A stretch of 63,992 nt of DNA, the filler included, from Welwitschia mirabilis (Eukaryota), in NCBI GenBank assembly GCA_051453625.1. It is 5 parts of one record of this genome, joined end to end, with 100 filler letters (N's around TTAATTAATTAA, not from the genome) between each part and the next. Parts side by side here need not be neighbours in the genome. Positions count along the whole stretch, not along the records: positions 35,268 to 59,737 come from JBOZIK010000001.1; positions 59,838 to 63,992 come from JBOZIK010000001.1; 3 more parts are not named here. One strand, 5' to 3'. A program made the translations under genes and the position numbers. A model generated the notes under the pieces. The model was not told where the DNA came from, did no database searches, and worked only from the letters and a program-made list of their open reading frames with translations. Positions 52,732-63,992 of this stretch are shown here, one piece after another. The number at the start of each line of letters is the position of its first letter. The first letter of the stretch is position 1.

Positions 52732-54990
52732 TGTTAAGAAATGACAACAAAAGGAAAAAAATGCAACAAAAGAGAGAGAGGAATTTACATGGTAAAACCC
52801 TTAAATGTTAGGGGAAACGTCCATGGGAAAGTCGTTCAGAGCTCTTATTAGAAAAGTAAGCTTCCAAATAGGCCAAAAATAAAGCTTTAATCTTTTGCTG
52901 TTAAGTTCTCTGGGAGGAGTATCTCATTAAGCCAAATGCTGTGAAGATAACTTGATACACCAACACAATCTCACAAAGGGATTAAATAGGCATAGGGCCA
53001 AATCTTTTAGAACATTCTAGACCTATTTCCTTTAATTACAACTATCAATTGACCCTGCATAATCTGTAAAAAGCTATGCTTAACCCAAGGTGACTTTATA
53101 AAAAAGATTACATTTTAAAATTATTTTTTTGATAACTAAAAAGGGTTAATAATGAAACATAACATTACAAAGGGATTGAATTTGGCTTCACAATACACGT
53201 ATTTCCCACTTGAAGACAAATTTTCAGTCTCCAAAGCGAGGTTCTGCTTCTAGTTCCAAGAAATGCATTGCTTTCCAAGGGCACAAAAGTTACATTTCTT
53301 CAAGCCCGGTGCTAGACTTGCAGGAATCATGCTTTGCTCCATCTATTGTTTAAGTTAGGAAATTAGCCAAGCTGTGTTTGGTGCCAAATTTATCAACTTG
53401 TAGGATCTCTGCCTTTAAGATGTCCTTGAAAAAGTTGGTACTTCACATCAATGTGCTTTGTCCTTGCATGATATGCATTTCCAATCAATTGAATTGCATT
53501 TGGATGTCAGAGTACACAATATATTTGGCTATCACTGTACACAATAGCTAAATCCTCATTGCTAATGGAAGCATTTTTAGTCTAAGCATTTGCACACGTG
53601 ATGTACATAAGTCCATCTGTTTCTGTAGGAACCACCACCATCGCCACTCTAGTAATTTTGGAGGAACCATTCCAAAACTGACTTGGCAGCCATTAGTATC
53701 TATCTTGTTGAAATTAAGTTCTCAGCTATAATAGGCACATGTTTGACATCCTTCAGTGTTAGAGTTGTACTGTCCTTTCTCTTAAAGAACATAGTACCAA
53801 TCCTTTTAATTGCCCATTTGCTATCATCTCCCATTTACACATACCATTTTGCAATGGGCTTATAGAAAGAGAACATTTTCTTATTTGGGCTAACATCAGA
53901 CAACATAACTGAGTCTAGAATCCACACATCTAGAATTGAATGATTGGGCACATTGATATTTCCCTCTTGTGTTGGCATAATAGTGTTAGCCTCCCCATAT
54001 TTGAGTGTTGTCCAGATGTCAAAGTATCCTTGTTATCATTGCTCTTTTGCTGTCACCTATCTTGAAGCTGCTAGCAATCCTTTTGTATGTGCTATTTCTT
54101 CTTACAATAAAAGTAGACTACATACTGTTCATGAGACTTGCCTCCACTTTTACTTGTTGCATCTCCTGTTCTGCCATGAGAACGTCCTTTTTCTATTGCA
54201 GGGGCCTCTCCTGATACTTCTCTGCTGTTGGAACCTACAACGTTTCTCCTTTTATATCCAATAGCATGCAAATCAAGCTATCAATCATAAGATTGTTCTT
54301 ACTCGTAGAACTAAGAAGTAGAGTCCTCACATTCCTCCAATTTGCTGGCAAAGAAATCAGAATAGTGGTGATGTGCAGGTCGCCTAGAAATTGAATATCT
54401 AGATCATGTATCTGAGTGAAAATATTTTGTATCTTGTTTAGATGGTTTGAGAACTTCATACCTTCTTTCATCTTTGTGGTAAAGGCTTCATGGAGCACCA
54501 CAAACCTGTTAGTCACAGACGGCTAATCATATATGTCCTTTAGCTTTTACTAAAGTTTTTGTGTTCTGGTTATCTTGGCATGTGCCTTAAGGATTTCATT
54601 ACTAAGGCTAGGCCAAATAAAAGAAAAAGCTTGTGTGTTCACCTTATTCCATTTGGTGTCTGGTGTGACGACTAAAACCATTGTTGTCTAGCTTTGATTT
54701 TGCCTTCGCCTCATCCCTTTTCTTTAGGAGTTTTCAGCATCCTTTCCGCTACAAAATGTCCTCCATCAAAATCTTCCAAATGCCTTAGATACTAGGTAAT
54801 GCTGAGCTTGAAGCTTGATCCTGCTGCATAGCGTGCAGGGTTTATGGTTTCTCCTCGTGGAGGAAATTCCTAACCTCCATCCTGGGATGAAGCTGGTTCC
54901 GGCTACACACACACACACACCCCATGTGTCAATACTAGCACAGCTATGGTGTGGATCCAACAAGTTACTGAGCTGGCCCAACCCCTAACC
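52732..54990 (-). mobile_element. Copia family B deletion derivative: gag + protease fused to RNase H tail, PPT and 3' LTR (52732-~53197); lacks INT and RT
   Basis: ORF 54235-54516 (UBN2 gag); protease VWILDS at ~53910-53930; HARTKHIDVKY at ~53440-53470; LTR and PPT are reverse complements of ~19134-19613. Confidence 0.82.
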
Positions 54991-56971
54991 TTGACCCCCC
55001 ATATGAGTTGCCAAGGGTTACATCCACCAAATACGTATTGAGTTGGCAGGGGTGATTGGCACGTACTGAATTGGCAGGGCAGTTGTAAGGCTGTTCCATC
55101 CCAGGCTAGTCAGTGGCAATAAGGGTGTAGTAGTGACGGAGCCGCGTCACATGGACTTGTATGGATGCCAACAATTATATGGACATTGAACATTGGTTGT
55201 ATGAACACCATATTTGTATGTGCCTAGTTCTTGTGACTAGCTGTTAAAGAAATTCATTAATCACAATAAAAGAAAAATAAAAAAGGTAATGAATGGTGCA
55301 AGAAGAAATCCCAATGCACCTGATGACACACCATCGTAAGTGATGCTCTAATGACCATAGTACCTCTTGACAACTCCATTGAAAACCCTAATCCCATCAT
55401 ATCAAACAATATTGGAATTCTCAAAGCACAAAGGAATTTTACTGACATCATCTGCAATAACTGAGGCATGCATGAGCCCTTTGTATTGTTACTTTAATTA
55501 ATAAAGGTGTATTTTTCACCAATCCTACAACCTCTTTTCTGAAATTTCTTGCAATTTCAGTTAATTTCTTTATATTTTCTGTCATTTCTTTAAAATAGTT
55601 CTGTTATTTGACTAAATTTGTTGTTATTTTAAAACATTCCAAAACTCTGAAAAACCCCAAAATACACTGCATGTCTCCTCACGCCCTTACCTCATCCAAA
55701 AACCTTAATATATCCGAGTCTCATTTCCTTTAGAAACAAGCAGCTAAAGTTTCATACTTCTGTAGGAATAGAGAAATCATTATTCTTACAAATGGTGAAA
55801 GATGTAATGACAAAATCATCTGCTAATTGAACTTTACTTAATAATGGGGCTATTTTGTGTATCACCTTATTATCAATAGTTTCAGTTTTCAATAAGCTTA
55901 TCTTCATTTTTGTCCTGTCAACAAGACGCTAAAGCCTATGTGGTTCCCATTATTTAATCCCAGGGTCAAAACATAGGAAGGAAGCACTGACAACTAAGAA
56001 TGACAGAGACCTTTACTAGTACAGTTACAGCATGATGAGGATTGGCAGTGCCTTTCTGCTGTTGTCATTATGCTCCATATGGAATTAATCTGGGTGCATA
56101 TTTATTCTGCCTTTAAATGACTACTTAAGTACTTTCTAAAATTTGAATTGAGTTGCCCTAGGAAAGAATTGCATATTACTCTCTTGAATTTTTGTGTTTG
56201 ATTACAAACACCTTTAATTAATTTATTTATTTTCTTTTAAATTTTTGTTTTGTTCATGTTATTGTTGATTCATAGCAATGGTCGTTAATCATGGGCATTG
56301 TCACTGAAACAATGGTAACATGTTTCAGTCGTATTACACAATTAAATCAGTAAAAATGATATGACAAATACACGAATGATGGAACTATAAGAATGTTAAC
56401 ATTCCAAAAGGCGCAAGGCATTCATTGTTTACATGGTGTTGGTTGGTGTGCACACAAAGTTTAGGGACAGATTCTGGAGTGCAAAAGAAACCTTGTATTC
56501 ACCCTTAAGCGTCACTGGTTTTCAACTTGGCTGTGTTCTATTGATTACATGGGCTGTTAAGACTCCATTAGGTTGTCAAGCAAATCATGCATGTTTATTT
56601 TATCTTATTCCAAGATAACTCATACTTAGATACCAATCTTTCACTAAATTCTTCCCATGCATTCAAGTGATGGTAATTTGTGCACTTGGATCCAAAATGT
56701 TTTCTCCATGCAGTCCTGATGGATGTTAACATATTGCTTTTTATATGCCAATACGATTTTGGATGTTTTTAGATTCTATGGTTTTCCTCATCTGAGATGA
56801 TGAATGCATATCATCATTCATGAAAATAGGCATCATTCTCTACTTATGCCGTTTTCTTCTGGTCTTTTGGTTATAACGTTTAAAACAAAGTATAATGAAC
56901 ATTTGTGTTTCTGAAATTCTTGCCATAGAGCTTCTGATCTTCTTGTTATTTTTGTGTTTAACTGTTAGCAG

Positions 56972-57012
56972 GATCTTGTGGTATTGTTTACCATGGCAGC
57001 TGGCATGGTTCG
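56972..57012 (+). CDS. Raf-like kinase exon (Gly-rich loop)
   Basis: tagcag|GATCTTGTGGT...GGTTCG|gtaag. Confidence 0.9.
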
Positions 57013-57509
57013 GTAAGCCTCTGAAAATAATTTTTGCCACCCATTAATGTAACATAACTATTCATTTGCTAGATCTCTTGATCAGAATTTGCTTTTCTGA
57101 GGTCCAATTTCAAAATTGGTTGTTGATCAGGACATAGCAGTCAAAGTATTTTCTGAACTGGAGTATTCAGGAGATCTTTCTGAGACTTTTAGAAAAGAGG
57201 TATGTACTCTGTTACAATGAAATATATTGATTGATTTGCATGAATGGCAATTGAATGTTTCATGTGGTAATGTACTTGTGCTTGCTTTCTTCATTTCCAT
57301 CTCTAGTGAGGATTTAGTAGAGTAAGATTTGGGCTTTATTACATGATAATAAATCTATATGCATATCTCTCTCTCTTTTAAGGCTTAATGGCATTTGCTT
57401 AATTTTTGAAGGTGGCGCTCATGAAGAGGCTCAGACATCCAAACATACTTCTTTTTATGGGTGCAATTACTACCGAGCGTCTTTGCATAGTTACAGAATT
57501 TCTTCCAAG
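56972..57509 (+). CDS. Raf-like MAPKKK (B2/B3 group) serine/threonine kinase, three internal exons covering subdomains I-V
   Basis: Exons 56972-57012, 57131-57199 and 57412-57509, all AG/GT bounded and in frame: (G)[68 protein letters not shown](R). Confidence 0.93.
57131..57199 (+). CDS. Raf-like kinase exon (subdomain II AVK lysine, alphaC Glu)
   Basis: atcag|GACATAGCAGTCAAA...AAAGAG|gtatg. Confidence 0.92.
57412..57509 (+). CDS. Raf-like kinase exon ([11 protein letters not shown], hinge)
   Basis: tttttgaag|GTGGCGCTC...CTTCCAAG|gtatt. Confidence 0.92.
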
Positions 57510-59279
57510 GTATTGATTCCTTATATTTCTGCTTGTTGGTTTCTTATAACTTAAATAAGGCCTTATGTTTTCTATTCATGCTTTTGATATTCAAATGTTA
57601 ATAAAAGACGTAGTGCATTCTTGTAGGGGTAAGACAATGCTTTTCCTTCCTTTTAATCCAATGACGTACCTGCATGCCTTTATGCCATGTTGAGTGGTGA
57701 GATCTTGGTTTCTAACATAAGGCATGTAACACAGGCAAGGTTGACATTAGTGCCATTGACAAGTGTAGCTCCTTTGCTGATGGCAAACAACAACAAACAA
57801 CAGCAACCAAATGCTACATGAATTATGATTTAAAAAAAAAAAAAAAAAACTAATGGTACAGATTGTAAATAATGCCACTTTGAAAGTTGCAAATTGAGAC
57901 CTGACCTGCTTCATCCAGTTTTGAGAATCTAAAAGTAGAGCTTTTAATTGAAAGGAACACTGTAATACCACTTGGTGATTTCTTGGTGAAATGGCTAACT
58001 TCAAATCAATATATAGGTCTGTAAAAATCACATCTCTAGTTGTTATAGTGCCCCAAAATTAGCATTAAATGAGTGATTTAATGGGTAGTGTACAGTATGC
58101 TTAGAGAAAAAACCAAAATATGGGTTCAAATAGTATTAGTTAAATGGGATGTATTTGAGGGCTCCACAGGAGCAGTAGGTGTGGGTCGAACAAAGAGCAC
58201 ATATAAATGAACATTACCCTTCTTAGGTGACAAAGCACTCTATCCCAGCATAATACAATAGGAGCATAACACAATTTACCATGATATCTACTTGGAACCA
58301 TTTCTACATGGAAAAGGGTTAACATTGTTATCCTATGTAGCATTTGGCTTGGCATCATGGATGTGTAAAACACATCATAGTTAATGAGTCATGGTGCCTT
58401 AGATAGTAAGCTATTTTAGATAGTAAAGGGATTGGTATTGAAGTAGAGAGTGTTTAGTTGTGTTGTGGGCTGGCAGAGGTTTATAAACTCAATAGGCCTT
58501 AATGCTAGAGCTTCCAAAATTGTTTTTGTTCTTATATAACATTGAATAATATATGATAAGTTCTATGATTTCATTCTTTTTGCTAGGTGGGGGAAGTCCC
58601 GGACATGTATGATAGTCATCTATAGTGGTGATGGTCGTTGTTGGCTTCACCCGTATAATCATACTAATCTAGGACTTTTGTCAACTTTTTTGATTCTAGT
58701 ACATTATGTGATGTTCAAGCGCATCGAATTGAGTTAGTAAGGTTGTTCTCTTACTTGAGGAATACTTTAATGGATAGTTTAACTAGTGTTCTTGGAAAGG
58801 TACATTACAATGACTACTACATTTGACATCACTTTGATTGATGGGATGTTAACACTTACTATATTTAAACTTGATTTAGGCAAATTTTTGAATAATATGA
58901 TGGATTTGACTATGTTACTATTAACATGAAAGCAGTCTTAACAAATTTACATATTGATAAGCAATTCCTTTACATATTTAAATTAATTTGTTTATGTCCA
59001 TCTTGGGTAAAATTTTAGTCTAAACTAGAACTTGTTTGTGTGGAATCTTTATAGAATACACCTAAATAGCTTGTTGTGAAAAGTGAGTAAAGTAGCATAG
59101 GACATAAAACAATAATGCAACTAGGAGATGCAAGATGAATAGAAAATAATGTATAATGATTTCTGTGGTAAAATGTTGTAATGCAAAGAAAAAAAATCCA
59201 TGGGACAACAATGAGAGTTATTGTACTTGACAACAAAAATTAATGCACGATTAAGAAGCCAATTGATTTTTACTTTCGA

Positions 59280-59737
59280 TTCTGTTGACGCAAATTCCTT
59301 TCCCTAGGCATCGAAAGGACAACAATGTGTACTTTCCAGGGTGAGGTCCTGGACCTATTTTGAGAGCGCTGTTGGAAATTAGGTACCTAAGATGATCTCC
59401 TTGAGGGTATAAAGTAATTGAGGAACAAGGTTAGTTGTGGGCTAGGCCTAGTGAGAATACCTCACAGTGTGAAAGGGAGATTAAAAGAAAAGGGAAGGAA
59501 GGTAAGGGTAAGAAAGGAGGAGGACTTCCTAAGAAAGGAGGTGTCGTTAAATTGTTCAAAGGTGCTTGGGTAGAAGGGATGGATTAGGTCTTGGGATGTG
59601 GGAATCGAGAGTCCAGTAAGGATCACCTCCCAAGGCTATGATGAAGTGTGCAAGGTTCTCTAGAAATGGAGATGAAGGGTCCACCAGGAGGGTGTTCTTC
59701 TTTTGTTGAAGGTGAAAAGATCTCTTCCCCCCCATCT
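59280..59737 (-). mobile_element. Possible decayed LINE (L1) 3' fragment
   Basis: GC-richer, C-rich minus strand; weak W..R..F.F and RNase H-tail-like motifs; ends at a gap. Confidence 0.35.
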
Positions 59738-59837
59738 NNNNNNNNNNNNNNNNNNNNNNNNNNNNNNNNNNNNNNNNNNNNTTAATTAATTAANNNNNNN
59801 NNNNNNNNNNNNNNNNNNNNNNNNNNNNNNNNNNNNN

Positions 59838-61120
59838 ATAATGACAAAGGGGTAGAACTACCAGATTTATCTATGCTTTCCATCTTATAGAACTCTATTG
59901 CACTAAATCGTCTGCAAAGACCTTGGTGGTTGTTTTTTCTCCATACAGATTACAGGTTAATTAGGGAGCATAACTTCAAGGGGAGCATTCAATTTTCCAG
60001 CTTGCCAAATCTAGATACACGATTACCAGCATTAAAAAGGGCGGGGAGGGGGGAAGGGGTTGTGAAGATCTTGTATTTCAATGATGATGAAGGATAGGCA
60101 ATGGTATTTTTCAACAAACGTGCAAATTAGAAATTATGCCTTCCAGAACATCCGAGTTTTTCATAGGGACGTCCGATCTTGTACGTGGCCAAATGTATGG
60201 GGACGTCTACAACTTTCAGTCGAAACGTCTGACCCTGTACGCTGTTAAATGTATAGGGACATCCACTTTGTTACCAGGACGTCTGGCCCTGTACGCGGTT
60301 AAAAGTATGGGACGTCCACTCTGTCACCAGGACGTCCGACTTTGTATACGGTCGAATGTATGAGGACATCCGCACCTGTCACAGGGACGTCCAACCTTGT
60401 TTTCGGAGATCAAGTCTGGGGACATCCAATTTCCAATCCCGGACGTCTGAGACTCTTCTCAGTTGGACACAGAAATTAGCCATTACAATTGGGACGTCTG
60501 GTCCAAAAAGGTGGGACGTTTGACTCGATGACTTTAAAGGAAAATATGAACATTGCAGCCGCCAGAGTGGTGCAATTTAACTTTCATACGGCTAGGGTTG
60601 GATTTCAACCGGCTAGGGCTTCAATCTTGAGGCTCCAACAGCTATCTGATAAACTTCAGCCTATAAAAATCATTTGGAGACTCTTGTAATGACTAATGCT
60701 CCTAAATTGTATTGGACTATACTCTGAGATCTACTCACAATTGATACTTTACTAAGATATTGTTTGTACTTGGAGCTTTCTGCACTTATTTGCTGATGCA
60801 TTATGCTAAAGGCATCTACATCATCAGACTTTCCATTCTCATGCTTTTTAGTGGCTTGTTGAAGTAAGCCTACACATACCAAGAGAAAGGATTGATTGTA
60901 ACCTTTGGAGAATGGTATTGCCCAAGTTGATGGGTGTTGGATAAGGGAACCAAGAGGCTGAAAACATGTTGCTGCCCCTGTGAGTGGAGTAGGCAAGGAT
61001 TGCTAAACCACTATAAATCCGGTGCCTTAGTCTTTTGCTCTTTGCTGCTATTCTTTCATATCATTTTAATATGTGCAAAATCTGAATGTATTTGTTTCTA
61101 GCAATATTTTAATTTTACCC
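59838..61120 (+). mobile_element. SIRE-type 3' end: multiple PPTs and LTR (from ~60060, 3' end truncated) with GGACGTCC repeat array
   Basis: atgacaaaggggtag, agggagca, ggggagcat and gggggaaggg purine tracts; repeats at 60140-60520; reverse-complement similarity to 62575-63515. Confidence 0.75.
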
Positions 61121-61729
61121 TATGTTCTCCCACTTGTAGACAAAGTCATCGGTCTTCAAAGAGAAGCTCTATCTCCAACACCTCAAGAGGTGCATTGCTT
61201 TCTGTGTCTAAACCAAGAAGTAATCACTAATCTAATCCTTTCTTAATAGAAGGGTTTCTTTTCTCCCCTATCAGTATCTTGGTTAAAGCATCTACTACAT
61301 TCTTTATTGTGTAAACTTTGGTGAGCTACCCTTCTTTTACTAAGAACCATAGAAGTCCGCACTAAAACATAATTATAAAGATCTTAAAAATAGTCCTCTT
61401 CATTCCTTCATCTAAAAGCTTAAAATTCGGAAGCTTTCACCTCATTACATCAACTTTCTGCTTGATGACCTATGGGAAACTCCAATGACGCAACATAATC
61501 CTCATAGTTTAACTTGTAGTACACTCAAGCATTCAACAAAATCTACATTCACCACACCTTGGCCTAAGTCCTCCTCTGTGAATTCATTGTTAGTCCTCTT
61601 TTCTAACTCTTCTTGCCCTTCTTTCCAACGTTTCTTTGTCTCCTCTTAGAACAAACAATTTAAAGATTTTTGAAGTCCCTTGCCTTACATAAATGTTCCT
61701 TCTACAACTGAAATAGAGGAAGTAGATCT

Positions 61730-62110
61730 ATGTACAAGCTCTCTTATTTTACACAGAAGGAAACAGAGTTATACCCTTCACAGTTTCTCACAACAACTAG
61801 AAAATCAAGAGAATACTCAAATTCAAACTGCTCAAGCATTCTTCTTCATCCGTCCTCCCGAATGCACTTTAATAGACACCTAAAGATAACATCAAAGTGA
61901 TGTTGTCAAAAAGGACATAGTTGTACTTGGATCAACCTCTTTTATTTTGCACAAAAAGGAAATAGAATTAAACCTTTAATAGTGTCTTACAAGAAGTAGA
62001 AAATCAAGAGAAAACTCAAATTCCAATTGTTCAAGGGTTCCTCTTCATCCTTCCTTCCCACTGTGCTCTAATAGACACCTAAAACTAATAGTGATGGGTG
62101 TTGGCAAAAA
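61730..62110. repeat. Diverged ~200-bp tandem duplication in a decayed TE-like region
   Basis: tagaaaatcaagag...ctcaaattc...taatagacacctaaa occurs at ~61798 and ~61997. Confidence 0.75.
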
Positions 62111-62574
62111 TCTAAAATATATATCACTTCAACATCTTTGATTATCAAGTAAGAACTTGAAAATGTTCCTTTGTCTAGTTAGAAGATGCATCAATACTAT
62201 TTTAATCTCATAAAATTCCTACAAACTCCTAATTTGCTACCTCATATGAAGCTAAAAGATGTTGATCTCTCACTACTGAAGATTCAACATTCATTGACAA
62301 TTAACTTAAGAACCTGTCCCCCGCAATGACGCTAATGACTCAACACAAGATGAGCTAAGTGAATATTAAATAATTCTTTTCAATGTTAGCCATTTTGTAC
62401 TTAAATGTTATCCTTGCAAGCTAACAAATGTGATGTCATCTATCAACAATACTAAATCATTGAGTATGATTTTGTAAATTTTAGGTACTAATTTTAGACG
62501 AGACTGTATAAGAGATAAAGTAAATGAAAAAAAAAGGTACCCAAATTATTGTAGATATTCATTAAACTTGCTAC

Positions 62575-63992
62575 TGTTAGGATCACAAAATACCTTAGAG
62601 GAGGGTGGGGAGGTGGTGAATAGGGTTTTTAATTACTTTTAACAATCTAAATTAAAATAATCAAATAACTACAATAACAAAAGATAAAAAGAGACAATTA
62701 AATGCTATCGAATTATAGTGGTTCGTCTCTCCAAGCCTACTCCACTCACAAGAGGCAGCACAAGCCTTCACCTTTTTGGTTTCCTTAATCAACACTGTGC
62801 AACAGCACAACCACCCTTGGCTAGGGCTTCAATTACAAAGCTTGCTCCTCCTTGAGCAACTATAAAAAGTGTTTAGAAGAGATCTGATGGAGTATAAGCC
62901 TATGAGCTTTGATTCNNNNNNNNNNNNNNNNNNNNNNNNNNNNNNNNNNNNNNNNNNNNNNNNNNNNNNNNNNNNNNNNNNNNNNNNNNNNNNNNNNNNN
63001 NNNNNNNNNNNNNNNNNNNNNNNNNNNNNNNNNNNNNNNNNNNNNNNNNNNNNNNNNNNNNNNNNNNNNNNNNNNNNNNNNNNNNNNNNNNNNNNNNNNN
63101 NNNNNNNNNNNNNNNNNNNNNNNNNNNNNNNNNNNNNNNNNNNNNNNNNNNNNNACTGGAAACTTTAACAGAGAGTTGAGACAGGGTCCGGACGTCCCAA
63201 GCAGGATATTCAGACGTCCTCATATATTTGATAGATTACAGGTTTTGACATCTGGGTTATACAGTCGAACGTCCCAATACAAAAAGATAGTGAACAAGGT
63301 CAGACGTCCTAGGATGAGAGGTCGGACGTCCCAATATAAAGGGTCGGGTGTCCCTTCTTGACTAATCAGACATCCCAATACATTCAATGAAAGATCCTTA
63401 ACTCCCAAAGCCTGGCTTGATAGATTTTGATTTGTCTCGCTTACGTTTTCAAGCTGGGACTTCGTTCTGGAAGGAGTTTTATCATTTCATCATTGAAATA
63501 GACCTTTACTCAACAATCTCCCCCTTTTCAATAATGACAAATTGCTTAATAATAGGAGAAATACTCCCCCTTGGCCCAGCAATCAGTTTTCAATGATCTC
63601 ACCTGCTCAACAAACTAAATCCACAATACTAAACTAATATATATATAATTAAGGTTAGAGTTAAACAAATTTGCCATTTATGTTTAGATATTTGACAACC
63701 AAGTAAATGAGACATAAAATGATAACAAATTTTGGCGAGGCATTAGAGAATAAAAATTAGGGGAAAAAACTTGATATACAAAAATTGACAGAGAACAAAT
63801 TGCCTTAATATTTTTGTATATACACATCCATTTTGAACATACAAAATACAAAATATTCTCCCCCTTTGTCATTATTGAAAATACAGAATAAGAAGGAGAG
63901 AAGGTAGAGGAGACGACAAAAACACTATAAGAAGATCAGAGAGGAAGATGAGGATGAAAAACACGCTAGTCAGAAGAGTCATCACGATAAGA
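62575..63992 (-). mobile_element. SIRE-type element: 3' LTR 62575-63515 plus multi-PPT 3' region, continues past window end
   Basis: tgttaggatc...tcaaca; PPT complements atctcccccttt (63516), actcccccttgg (~63563) and tctccccctttgtcatt (~63857); ggacgtcc repeats. Confidence 0.85.

Noticed and set aside
55120..55740. Possible degenerate MITE upstream of the kinase exons
   Set aside because: Only weak terminal motifs; no TIR pair or TSD could be fixed.
58580..58640. tttttgctag|gtgggggaagt as the next kinase exon
   Set aside because: Does not translate to the expected GSL.RLL continuation.
60140..60520. CRISPR-like spaced palindromic repeats
   Set aside because: Short degenerate units inside a plant retrotransposon LTR; spacers resemble each other; no cas genes.

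Overview
AT-rich plant nuclear DNA from a gapped draft assembly, almost entirely a nested graveyard of decayed transposable elements. These are several Ty1/copia families (including SIRE/Maximus-type elements with an env-like ORF and multiple PPTs), a multi-copy LTR family carrying a plant-transposon-protein-like ORF, Ty3/gypsy and LINE remnants, three hAT transposase remnants and several hAT/Tourist-like MITEs. The only convincing host gene sequence is three small internal + strand exons (56972-57509) of a Raf-like MAPKKK (B2/B3-type kinase subdomains I-V). No neighbouring exons are visible, so most of the window may be TE-filled intron. The most unusual items are (i) a ~1.1 kb caulimovirid (Florendovirus-like) endogenous pararetrovirus fragment at 48805-49940, between a hAT end and a SIRE gag, and (ii) a hAT transposase fragment bracketed by two direct-repeat MITE copies sharing one outer 8-bp TSD (12768-16051), either a compound transposon or a misassembly. 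All alignments and translations were done by eye; family names come from motif recognition, not database searches.
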